The notes under the pieces were generated by a model. The model was not told the DNA's origin, searched no databases, and saw only the letters and a program-made list of their open reading frames with translations. A program made the position numbers and the translations under genes. Positions 38,075 to 50,831 of a stretch of 64,000 nt of DNA are shown one piece after another; the stretch's first letter is position 1; each line of letters begins with the position of its first letter. Source of the stretch: Balanoglossus misakiensis (lineage: Eukaryota; Animalia; Hemichordata). Location of the stretch: assembly GCA_040954595.2 (NCBI GenBank), contig CM082586.2, positions 1,617,124-1,681,123 on the forward strand, written 5' to 3'.

Positions 38075-39056
38075 TTCCCACGCTCGGAGCTCAATAAAAA
38101 TCTTGGAGTGTGTGAAATTCACTCCTACCCAGCGGGATAACACCGGTGATTGACAGGTCATTTGCTGGTCGACATGCAATTTTGTTAATTTCACGCGCCA
38201 TGATTGGTTCACGCATGACCAGGTGATCCGTCAGCCAGCCGACGGTTTCAACAGACCCCTGAACGACTGTCCATATGGTCGCGTGCCATTCTTTCAGGAC
38301 CGTGGTAATTATTGACGCTACGAGGGGTGTGCGGCGCATGAGAATTTGTGTGCACATTTCATCCCAATTGTGTTCCCTAAAAATAAATCAAACATACAGT
38401 CAGCATCAGCCAAGCTGCTGAGCAAAGCGACAGGATGAAAATATTTCCTTCACAGCGCGAGCGAAGCGCGTTCTGCGCCTTATTTTAAGGACGCCCGCGC
38501 GACCAGCACACCCTCCTAAAAATACGGTGGCCCAGACGAGGAGGCGGGTCCCACGAAACCGCACGATCGCTAATAGACGCGCGGCATGCACGCGTACTAT
38601 CGTGGGAAACTACACAGCTTTTGAAAATTAGCCAATGACATGATCGCAGAGCGACTTTTTGTTTGACAAGTCCTTTTCGCTTCAGCGACCACTGGTCCGA
38701 TTTTACCGTGTGAACGTCTTACAGTGCCTCAAAAAACGACTTAGTTTGGACAATTTCGCCAATCCTTGCAAACAACAAACCCCAGCGCACACACTGCATA
38801 AACCGCTTTACACAATGCCCGATTTTCTACGGCCACAAAATTCATTAGCGCGGCCTTGCGCTGATTTTATTGAAAATATGCCAAGCATGAAATCCGAACC
38901 GCCAAAATCTTACAAAACCGGCCTTATTTTTAACTTAGATACCCTCGTGTGGGCTAGAGAAACATATCTCCTTGCCGTGTGAGTGGTTTCTAGCTCGAAT
39001 CAAGTAACAGATTGCTTGAAAACACTATATTTTCGCCGGCCTAGAATGTTCCCACG
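38075..39056 (-). promoter_or_regulatory. Hey proximal promoter/5'UTR with RBPJ/Su(H) sites
   Basis: CGTGGGAA at 38075-38082 (-), 38601-38608 (+), 39049-39056 (-); TGGCACGCG class C site at 38280-38288 (-); CpG-rich. Confidence 0.7.
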
Positions 39057-42000
39057 GTCGACTGTTTGTTTATTTATTTTTAGCTCCTTGGTCCAAACAC
39101 ACGTGACAGTATTACTCGTAATCGCTCACAGGCGTCTGTACGTCATCGGGTTAGGCGGACGATGGGCTAGTGTATCACTCTCCTAGCTGATCTCCAGTCG
39201 TGTGTGTGCATAATTTCTTGCAGACGTTCGAAACGCTCAACTCAGCTGGTCTCGAAAGCGGCCGACAGGGCCAGAGAGCTCCTGGCTGCAATCGAGTTCG
39301 ATTAGCTGGCTCATATTGGCAATACAAACTTCTCAGTGATGGGTTTATCTGGGGTATTGCCGGAGCCCCAGATACCAAACCAGCTTGACAATACAAGGGG
39401 CGTTGCCAAAGCCAAAAATACTATGACTTGGTGCATGACTCGTAGTCGGGGACTAGCCATTCAATTGTGAAGCACCGTGATTGTCACACGTAATTGATAG
39501 AGTGATAACGCCCGGCACAAACCAATGACATCACCGTCTTTCATCGCGGTGAGCGAGAACGACCGCGGCACAACGGGAGACTTCGGCCAGACGGCTGCCA
39601 GGACACGAGACTCGGGCCTTACCACTTGATACGCGTATCTGACAGCCAGACGGGCCGTATGCACGCATGTGACGTAATCATTCCATCGGTAATCCGCTAA
39701 GCGTGTCGATACGTCTGTCGGATAGTCTTAAAAACACAACAAACCAACCGATTACGTTTACATAAGAAATAAAACTTCTAAAACAGGGCGAAACGACCGA
39801 AAATCTTTGCTAACTGCGCGCACTAAACGCGCGAATGTCGGCGAATAAATTTCGTCGAAGCCAGGTAATAATTGTTTGACTTCTGCAGATTCAGTAGTTT
39901 ATTTCTGGTGTTTATTTTTATATTTGGTGAAATTGAGAAGCAGATGACATGTAAAAAGCCCAGTAAGCACAAATGAATTTCTTTTCAGTATCGTCAGCAT
40001 CCGTCTTGAAAACATGGTGTCATTTCAGTAATTGGTGTTTTAAATTTAATGTCGGTGATGCGCAGAGAGAAGGCTCATATTGAATATCGCTTCCAATGCT
40101 CTTAATTTGCTTTCTAATTTTATTCCCGTCTCATTAGTCACACAACAACCACTGAAACATTCCATTCTCAAAAATAGATCTTTCTACGCAGAATCGCGGC
40201 AGCATCTTCGTGTTTCCATGTCTGCGACCGATATCTTGTCTGATTAGTGGAATGATCACGCATTTCTCACAAAAAATTAAAGTCATATTGAATTGAGAGA
40301 ATAATCACCAGGCGTTTGGCTACTACTATACTAGCAAGAGCGCGTATTTCAACCTTTTAGGTGCGCGCCATGTCATGCCGATGGCCGGTTGCCGGGCAAC
40401 CAAGGAAGTCGGACGTGTGGCGCAACGTTGACCAGACACACGACGGACCGGGTCCTTGTTGACTTTTAAGGTTGGCCCGAGGTAGACGGATCTCGGGACA
40501 GGGCACGCGCGACGTGTGTTGCTTGACAAGCGTTTGTGGTTATCTCTTATCTGGGGCCGCTGTGATCTAATGAAAACAATCGATTATACACGGAGGGCCG
40601 CTTGGCGTTGGCCGGGCCCTTGCACGCACCGTCGGGTCGAAATGTACACAAGATAGCCATGTAAACACCCAAACGCCACTCGACACGTTTCCGTTATCTC
40701 TAATCAAAAGCAACACGACAAGATAGCACCTTTTAATACATCCCTAGTGATTAAACATTCCCAGGCTGCCCCCCCCCCCCCCCCCCCCCGCTTTCCTGGC
40801 CGCAGTTTCGATCAAGTTTCTGACGCAACTTTTACCAGTGGACGCGTAATACAATGACGCTTCGTGCGAATACGGGAATGCCCATTGAAGAGAGAGAAAG
40901 ACGACCCCTGGCAAATTCAAAAGTGTTAGTTTCCTCCGCTTCGCTGCGTCGCAGATTGCTTAATACATGAACAGAAACCTTCTTGCATGCGCCGAGGAAA
41001 TTGGCGCAACCGTAGAGCAGGCGGCCGCTGAAAATAAAACTCCGATTGCTTGAGTTGCAGCCGCGCGTGTGGCATCTATTTTCGGCCGAGAAAATGGAGC
41101 CGTGTTTATTTCTAGTGACGCTATCGTCTCCGATTCAGCGATGTTTTGCAATGACCAGTTTAGCGTACAGGACACCTAGCGTTCACCGATGATTTATAAA
41201 TATCGTTCGCCAGCGATATGTTCGAGATTAAAGGCCAGAGTTTAAAACATCGGGCGTCGTTCAACAATTACGTGTGTCTGCGCACTGGGGCCTGTCAGCC
41301 AATCATCTCGCCAGTAAAAGTGTACTCCATTACTCCAACGGTATTTTCCCACAACGGTCAACGCTAGCTGTAACTATATCGCCGTGCGAACGCCGTTTAG
41401 GGTGCCGCTCGTGAAACTTAAGACCTCTGTCAGACGAGCAATCTTGTGCCCTCCCTCGGAGAGCAAACTCACGCAGAAATGTGGTCGAGTGCTCCCGCAC
41501 AAGAGAGTTAGATAACTCCCGGGTCAGTGGTGGTAACTTGGCATATGGGGGAGCCATCAAACGATCATCACTGGCACAAGAGAAAGAAATCATTTATCTC
41601 GTCTACTTTGGCATTCGCACGCTGTCAAGATAATCAGAAACAGCCACGACTGATGGCAATCAGCGACACAATGTTAATTGACTCTCAAGACGTCACGGCC
41701 GGACAGTGAGCGTGCGCGGACGAGACGACGGCCGACGGGCGGCGTGTTCACTGTGCAGTTGTCTCTGCTCCCCCCTGTCACCGTGCACATGTGTGATTTT
41801 TGTGTTGACAAATTAGTCGCCACGTGACAACACCTTCACCTCACAAGCCGGGCGCGCACTCAAAAAATTTCCACAGATTCCTTCCTGAGTGCGACTAATA
41901 ACAATTGTCTAAATTTCCTGCCAAGAAGCAAAACAGTTTTCGTATACATATTTGCAATTCACCCCACACGTACACCTCATCTTACGCTTCTTTTTTTCGC

Positions 42001-45000
42001 CCCATTTAAGGTCGAAATGATTGAAACCGAAATGGCAAAACTACAACCAATGCATTAAAGTTTTAACTTAGCGTCTTGAACAAATGACTACTGACAGATT
42101 TCGTTCAGCAGGTAAACAGATTACGCTTTTACGCCAGTCCAGGCATTTCGCCTAAATATTTACTTACACAGAAAGTCCTTGTATTTTCATTTACATTTAT
42201 TAATATCATACATATGTCATATTTTTTATGTTATCGTTTATAAAGTAGCCGAAAAATATGTTTTATTATAATTATTTAAGTCCGAAAGGAGGAAAGAATA
42301 TTCGTTTTGGGATGGGATTATTTTGGAAATGATATATGCTGCGGCACAACTGGTCCGGCATTCCCGTCGCTGCGTCTTCTCAAACGCTTTCGCTAAATTG
42401 ATTTTTTATAGGGGTCGGAGTGGCAGGCAATTTCAATGGAGGGGGAAGCCACATTTAGGGTTTCCCACACAACGGACGACAATCGCTCACATAGGACCCC
42501 CGAGACGTCAGCGCGACTTATCGATGACGTCATGACTTTTATTGATACCCTCGAACAAACGGGGGTCTGCAGTAATTGCATTTCGATTTCAATGTTGCGT
42601 GTTTTTTGGCAATTCCCACAGTCCCGGAACCGACTCGCTAATTTCTCCTCTCGTTTGCTTCAACTGACTTGGAAGCCGCGTTTTAGTTGTTGTTTTTTCC
42701 AACGATGGTTTTAACAGTTGAAGAGCAAACGGGTCGCTTGGCGCATGCATGATTCACTTACTATGAGTTTGAGCTGAGTGTAATCTTTTAAATGGATCCG
42801 GCACTCCAATCCGCTTCACATGCGCATTGGCCTTTTTAAGTGTCTCCTCTCCGTTATCAATACCCGCACCTTTCCTCCTTTTAATTGGTTTGAGAGATTG
42901 TCGAAAAGGAAGCGGTTTTTACTTTAAACGATCGCGAAACGCAGTTTGGTTTGGAAATGAGGTGGGAGGGTATTCTTGACAGAGTGTGTCGGTGTGTGTG
43001 TTATTGATCTGTTTGGCTGGGTCACAGTTTGGGGAGACGTGTTTACGTCCGGCGTGCTGCCAATGTCATTAACACTTTAGCTCAGAATGTTTTCGCTGGC
43101 CGTTCACGCATGCAAATCGCACACGCCATGCCAATAACAGCGAGATGGCGTCGATAGCGGGATTCCGCTATGTGCACCCGTGAAAACACAAACGTCCGTG
43201 CGGAACAGTTACACCACACGTTGATAAGGTGAACACAAAAACAACCGACGGAAGTCAAATATCCTCCAGTCTGGCGCTAATAGCCGTGTCCTCCCGTACA
43301 TCGCTTCTTTGTCCGACCGACGGCCATTCGCGCGGTATGCTAACACCTCGCCATGAACTGTACAGCCGTAAGATTCGTACGAAACCGGCAGTCGTAGAAC
43401 CGGCACGCAAAAAAAACTTTGGTTTTATAACCGAGAAGTGGGGAGTGTGAAAAAAAACCGGGACGTGCTCTACAATACCGACCGCTTTTCGCTGTCACAG
43501 TGGGCAATAAACAATACTCAGCCAAGGACCCAATTTGTCAAGCGAACTCGCAGCTGCCTTCAAAATTTTCCCACACTCCCAGTGCCCCGATCGTATCACT
43601 CAGGGCACACAGAAACGCCCGTAGAGGCGGGAAAAGTCAGCTGAGGGCCCATGTCTATATTGCCATCTGACTTAGTGGCTCAAAAGGGGGAAACTAGATG
43701 CCCCCCTCTGTATTACAAGCCGGGATGAATGAAACCCTGCGCGAATCTGGCTCTTCCCGGCCATCTCAACGAATACCACGACAGCCCATTTAGCATGATT
43801 CACGACTACCCCTTTGTCTGAGGTTAATTCTATTTTTTTCTCGCTTGGGCAACGCTGGGAAAATTTCGCAGCGAAAAATAGTCTGCATAGTAGAACTCCC
43901 CCCTTTTTTTCTTTTAAAATGTTCCCAACTCGTCCTTCAGTGAGGCATTAAATTATACGGCTTGAGAGTGTCTAAATACTCGATGTATGAGAAGAAAGCC
44001 AAGTATATATTAGCAATGATAAGTTCTATGAACATACACGTGCAGGCAGGTGTCTTATATTCCCATTAAAGATTCCACTTTATTATGCCAAACGGGGGGT
44101 GGCAGCTTCCCTGGGAAGGGTGAGAAAACTTGCACCCAGGACACCCAGCCGGCTGCCTTTGCCTCGAAACGGAGAGGGCAGCCGGAGAATGCCATTTTTT
44201 CGCCCTGGAAACCCCGCGATTACGTGCAAAATGTGAGCAAAGGCGATGGGATGATCGGTTGTGGAAATTCACCCGTCCGAAAGACTATCGGGCGCACACC
44301 GCACGAACAATGGGACTGCCATGAGTGACGGCACGCAAAATGAAAAAGAGCGTGTGTACGTATTGTCCCGTGAGTATCCGAACGGTAGCGCGAGACAATA
44401 CGAGTCTTTACAACGCATTGTGGCCCATATTTGCTTTACAAATCTTTAGCCATTTGCCCTGACAGAACGAGTATTGTATATTTAGTGTCTGTGTCCATTG
44501 TTCCCGGCATTTTCCCATGGACTAAAATCGCCGCTGCTAGAACTGAGAGAAAAACTTAACCGTGTGCTATCCCAGTATCGAAAAAAAATATGTCGGCTTT
44601 GTTGGTCTTATGAATAGCGATAAAGGACAGCTTTTCATCATGACCGCGTTATGTTCGGACTCCTTCATCATGAAATATTTTTCCCTAGCTTTTGAAAACT
44701 GAAGTGAGATCGTGATATGATTGCGATAAACACATCCGACTCTAAAGTTGCATGCGAAACCAGACTCGCGCTGTATTCGGGACGTTTCGCGATATTCCTC
44801 GTCCGTGGGTTTAATATTGCACAGAAAATGGGCAAAGGGTTCGCATCTTTCGTCTCAACTGAATTAAAGACATACAGTTCTCTGATTCGGTACTCGCCAA
44901 TAAAACGAACTCGCACGCTACACCTCCAGGCGAAAGTTGGAGGAAAAAAGTCTTGCGAAGACAGTTGTTGGTGCATGCGTACATGAACATGTTGACACAA

Positions 45001-47146
45001 CCACGTCACCCCTGAAACTGACCAACCTCAACACCGTCACGGTTTTAGGTTTTCTGAAATTAAAATAAACTTGCAGCGCGCTTCAAAAACAGCACCGAAG
45101 GTTAAATATTGCCACGGGAAATACACAACTCTGTCGAGGAATTCCTGCCCCTTTTCCACAAGATACACCGACATACAGCAGGATTGCCCGTCTGAAAACT
45201 TTCGAAAACGAAAGTCAACAAACACCAGAAATGAGAAAAAATAAATTTGTGAAATTGAGCTCGGTAATATCGAGAGTAGGTTTATGTCAGTCACATTTTA
45301 AAACTTTCGCTGATGGTGGCATTTTGAGTTGCATATTTTCGGCCAATCATTTCATAAACATGAAAACAGAGTTGTAATGATGTGTCCTGTCAGAGAATTC
45401 ATCTCAGACACCCTAAAATTTGAGCGCCGAATGACGTTCCGTAAGGACATCGCACTTGCGCACGCTGTTTTCGGTAGCGAAATCAATGTTGCGACTGTCT
45501 CATCTCTTTGTGTGTTGCACGCGCTCACGTCTTTCCGGACACCCACGGCGCAACTTCGACGTACTTGCATGGGATTGCGCAATAGTCCCACCTGAGCGCG
45601 CGACCTGCGCCTCACCGTCGCATGCGCGCACGCTAGCCACACGCGAACCTGCACGCGCACCGAGTATTTACCCACTTCCGCGGCAAGCGCTGCAACGCAC
45701 ACACAGACACACACCGCGAAGGAGGGATGAAAATACGGGGCTTTTAATCACAGGATAAAATTTATGGCGATACGCGGTCCAGCAACGAGATCTCAATGAT
45801 CGCATTGTTTGTGCGATGCGCGTAACCTGGAAGGCGGGTGTTACCCGCTTCCACTTTCAAGACACAGTATCACTGACCAGAATATAATCGGTCTCGGTGC
45901 CACAATCTTTACTGCGTCAACCTCGGTGGCTTCGCGTTTAATCCGGGAGGACATCGTAAAAAAATTATGAAGGCGTTATGATGTTATTACCATATCATTT
46001 TCCATTAGAGGGTACAGAAAATAACGAAATAATTCGTTCCTAATGGCATCTCGGTTTACGGGAACCGACTTCCACCAAACCATACGCATATTATCGGCCT
46101 TTAAAATATGATTCGCTGACCCTGGACATAGCCAGGACGCAGCTCCACTGCAAACGGCACTAGTAAATGTACAGTAAAAATTGAAAAGGTATTTTTATGA
46201 GGGTTGCCGAGAAATTATAGAACGGTGGGAAACAGGCAGCGCTGGCGCTCATGGCAAAAGACGACGGCATTGCTCTTATATAAAATATGCGCGAGGACTG
46301 CCGAGCACGTATACGTCAGAACAGATGGTGTCAATCCTTCAGAGCGACTCGCTCGTCGGATGTCCAACCAAACTCGGTGTTCAATATCATCAGTTCATAT
46401 ATAAGGGGCGTCCTTGAGCTTGCCTTTGAGATATGAACAGACGAACAGACAATCAAACTACCGGCTCTATTGCAGGCATGGCAGTCTGTCGCCGCATTTA
46501 CCCATTCAATGAAAGGGAAACAAGCCTGGAATAGTACAAAGTCCAGCAAGAGCTGAGATTGCGCTTATTGACTGACGTGTACAACAGGCGGTCGAGAAAT
46601 CGAGTGCCCGGACCTGCGTGTCCGACCAACTCGTAACCCCCCCCCCCCCCTCCGGCCCGCCGCAGGACAAACTCATCTGTCCCGTGCTGCACATGTGTAC
46701 GTACGTGTGTGCACGCACGTGTATACACGAATTAAATTTCACGGTGTCGACTATACACACCCAGACTGCGTTTTTTCATGAGAGTTTTTACAGGAGAGCA
46801 GCAATGGTTTGGATTGGCCAAACAAAAAGCAACCTATAGGAAGTTCTCGAACCCAACTCAGATGGATGTGGTACATTAAACCTTTCCGATGAAAACAAAG
46901 AATGGTAACAGAGAAAACAGTTACACATATACATATACAGAAACAAACTCGTGTGTCCATTCGACCATATCATACACGAAACCCGTCACGAAAGGTCTCG
47001 CACGGGAAATGTCCAAACGCGACGCAATACAGTGTGTTGTGGTTACGTAACTAGTTATGGCACAGAGAAAAAAATGCGCATCTGCACATCTGTTGGTCTT
47101 TCAACGCTTCTAGTTACAGACAAGGATATTTTCAAGTACGTTATGT

Positions 47147-47147
47147 C

Positions 47148-47202
<55 letters not shown>

Positions 47203-47211
47203 GAGACAGAC
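47147..47211 (+). repeat. (GACA)n microsatellite
   Basis: Read directly. Confidence 0.95.
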
Positions 47212-48295
47212 AGGGACTGACAACTCGGGCCATACCCCAAAGCTGTCAGACTGGGATGATGGCATTTCTCAAAGCGGATGAATTACAAGACCTTTAGCTC
47301 CTCCACTTGAATTCTGAAACCGGAGATATTCCCAGTTTGAAGTTTTTGTACGTGGAGATTGCGTTATGTGAGCACAGACGGTACACGTACTTCGGAGAGC
47401 TGTGACGTCGCCCCCCCCCCCCCTTTTCCGCGTCGTTTTTCAATCCAGTGGTCCCATCGTGGGAAAATCTCCCCAACAATGGAGGCACATCCAACTTTTA
47501 TGAATAAATTGAAACAAAATTAACCGAGGGCCACTCCGTAGCTAAAATTATCGCCAGCGCAGAACAAAAGTGCCCATCGACCGAGAAATGTATAAAAGGT
47601 GGCGGTAGATGACGGCCGCAAATTGCAGATGACATGTAGATGAGTGAGTGAGGAGAGAGAGGAAAGATTTGCTGGTTAGTGCGTTACGCATTGTGACGTT
47701 TGTGCGCTTTGTCCAAAGGAGATGATTGCAGCACCAAAATATTTGTTCAGCGCACAGTCACTGGTCGATGGCTCCCATGCAGAAATGGCATCTCCGTCTC
47801 TATCTCTGCCCCTCTCTACTTGGCAGGGATGCACTTTCCATTGTACGTTTTTTTAACAAATGCCGGCGTAAAAAATATCAAAGACGGTAAAGTAGATATA
47901 TGGTGTGAATGACGAAGAGAAAAACATAGAATATTTGTTTTTTGGAAACGGTACATAGAATGACAATTCTGTCTCTGTCTCTCTGTCTCTCCCTCTCTCT
48001 CCCTCCCCCTCTCTCCTGTCAGCTGGCGTTATTTTCGCAATAATTGAAAAGCGCTGACAAGACTCCGAGTAGTTGACGCTTGAACTGACAGGACGAAGAC
48101 TGATACAAATGATAAGGTTTCACTTCAAGAGGGATAACTGTCTGCGATGACGTCAGACAACCACCTACATTTCACCGAGCCATTATTTGATACACTCTCT
48201 CCCAGCATGCTTCACTCTATCGATTACAGTGTTCGCTGCGATGTGGCTGGTTTACGTGAAGTTAGACACCGCGATGTGACTTGTACAACTTTTCA

Positions 48296-48397
<102 letters not shown>

Positions 48398-50764
48398 CGA
48401 GTGGTGTGGCTGTCGAGTGTGGGCGGGAACGCCACGGTGCGAGCGTCGTCTGAAGATGTCTGGATAGCTTCCAGGCATGTCGAAGACTTATCATTTTCCA
48501 CACGTAATTTATAACCAGGGTCAAACCCCGTAATAAATCGGGCTCTTATTGCAGGGCGACAGTTCTTCGGTGCAAACAAGTTGGACAATGGAAAATATGG
48601 ATAATGGCCCAGGGCTGGCCGGGGATCGTTTCACCTTTGACCCGCCATGACAATGAGTGGTTCATTGGGAAGGTTCGTCCAGAAACGAAAGCAATGGGTT
48701 GCTCTTGTTCCTTTAACAAAGTTGTATCTTTCGCCGCCGCTTTTTTCTCTTTTGCGCGAACGTCGACAGACACAGTTGGAGCACAGTGGCTATTTAAAGG
48801 TAGTTATGCGAAGCTGTTAATTCGCCGCCTAGCCGGGTGAGATCACATGTGCAACCTGAGTCTGTCGGCTATCGTCGCTAATTATCGCGATATGCCACCA
48901 AAGAACTGACGGTGGAGACCCACACGTCTGCGAGGGGATGCGTATTATTATATGAGCACGCGGTGCGTTGTCCGGGAACGCGGCTCGTGTGTCAGGTATA
49001 TATCTGCCTGTCCGTCGGGGGGGGGGTGGGTGGGTATGAGTTAACTATACTCTGCCAGTCATTTTTAAATAGTTTTTAAATCAGGATTTAACAGGGATTT
49101 ATCAAATATTATGCACGGTGTATTTTGAAAGAATGCGACATTTCAGCACCTGGGACTTCCATCTTCACGACTTTAATAATAATACCCTATCTGTTCCCCG
49201 TCTGCCACAAATGACGACCGTTCAACAATGTGCTGCTCAATAAAAACGAAACAATCCCGCCCACCATTGCTCTTGGCCACAATCGGTGTGGCGATGGCCT
49301 TTTACAGGCGCATCATCAAACAAAGGGTTTTATACACGACGGTTTACTCAGTGGCTTTTGGTAACACGCCATTTGACCAGTCGAGGATTCACTGGAGCGC
49401 TCATCCATGACCGTCTTACATTGATATATACGTGGAAAAGGCCGACGATCGTCTCATGCGCATGTGCGAATTTTGTGTGTACAAACATTATGTCCAATCA
49501 TATGGTCAAATCCAAGTGTTTTGCAATTTTTGTCGACTTTTGAAATGTCGACCGTTTAGTTACGTAAAGTTGGCCAAACTGAGCTGCTGATGATGTCGCT
49601 GTCTAGTATGTAAACCCGGTGGCCACATAAATGAAGTTTTACTAACGTCATTAAAACCAGATATATTTACGTCACTAGAGACAATAATAATTTTAATGTG
49701 ATATTATTGAAATTTAATATTAAAATTTGTGAAGTGATAGACCGGTACGCGCAATTAATGAAGATTTAAAAGTCTCTGATGTTGTATTTTAGCTTTGGTT
49801 GACATACCACCACTAGGCAGAAGCCGCGAATATTTATTTGCGTATATTCAGATATCTCCAATGGAAAAACAAATACTGGTCAAAACAAGCGGTGTCCGTG
49901 CAGCACACAACGCCCGGCCATATCTCGGTCGACGGCGTCAGGGCGCGTGCCGTACAACTACAATAAGCCGGGTCCCAGCATGCCTGAACGTTGATGACAA
50001 CGGTGCATTCTGGGTTCAAAGTCGCCGTTTGCTATGTATGATTCATCTCGGTAACGTAATCATCTGGGAACAGCATGAACTTTGCAGATTGCCCCCACCT
50101 CGATCCGCGTTCCGACAGATAAGCTGGCGTATACTTGTAAGCCAGCTTTTTAACGACCCACCAAAACATATAAAGTGTCCTTAAAACAGTGTAGGGTGGC
50201 GACAACGACCCCTGCTGATATAAAGGATAGCCTTCCCGCATATAGGAAGACAGGTCCTAAAATAAAACCATGGATTTGCTGAACGGCAATCGATACACGT
50301 GTGGCTGTCTTGGGTCGGTGTGTCGAGGCGACATACTACAGCGGTACTCGCCTGCCGGTTGTGTGCAAGGGAGTATGCACCCAGTTATTTGCTGTTTCTT
50401 ATTTGGTAACATGAGTGCGGGCGACGCAAGTTACACCACACGTGTAGGAGGCTGGGGCTGTTTGCTGGGAGGCCGAGAGCGCGTTTTAATCAAGTATAAA
50501 TTTTAATCTATTGAACACATTTCCAAACACTTTTTGTGACTAAAATCTCATCAGTTTACACAAAGCAGGTGTCCGGGCGATGTTGTTGTTTGCCAAGCTA
50601 TTCCAACTCGACACCTACTCAAGTGCTATAGGTGGTGATTCCTACTTGTTGCCCAGTTGCACTGTGTCAACAACGAAACAAGTTCACGACCTCCCATTGC
50701 ACAAAAGCAGGTGTTATGATGAGTACTCTAAGGCTGGGCAAGTTAATGTTTGAGCTTGTGTTCT

Positions 50765-50831
<67 letters not shown>
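50765..50831 (+). repeat. (GAT)n microsatellite
   Basis: Read directly. Confidence 0.97.

Noticed and set aside
38548-38640. Su(H) paired site (SPS) at the Hey promoter
   Set aside because: No head-to-head partner 15-17 bp from CGTGGGAA at 38601.
48440-48495. CTGAAGA-stem-loop-CGAAG, hammerhead-ribozyme-like
   Set aside because: GAAA core is not intact and no stem I/III pairing was found; the same applies to CTGANGA hits at 328, 15776 and 24285.
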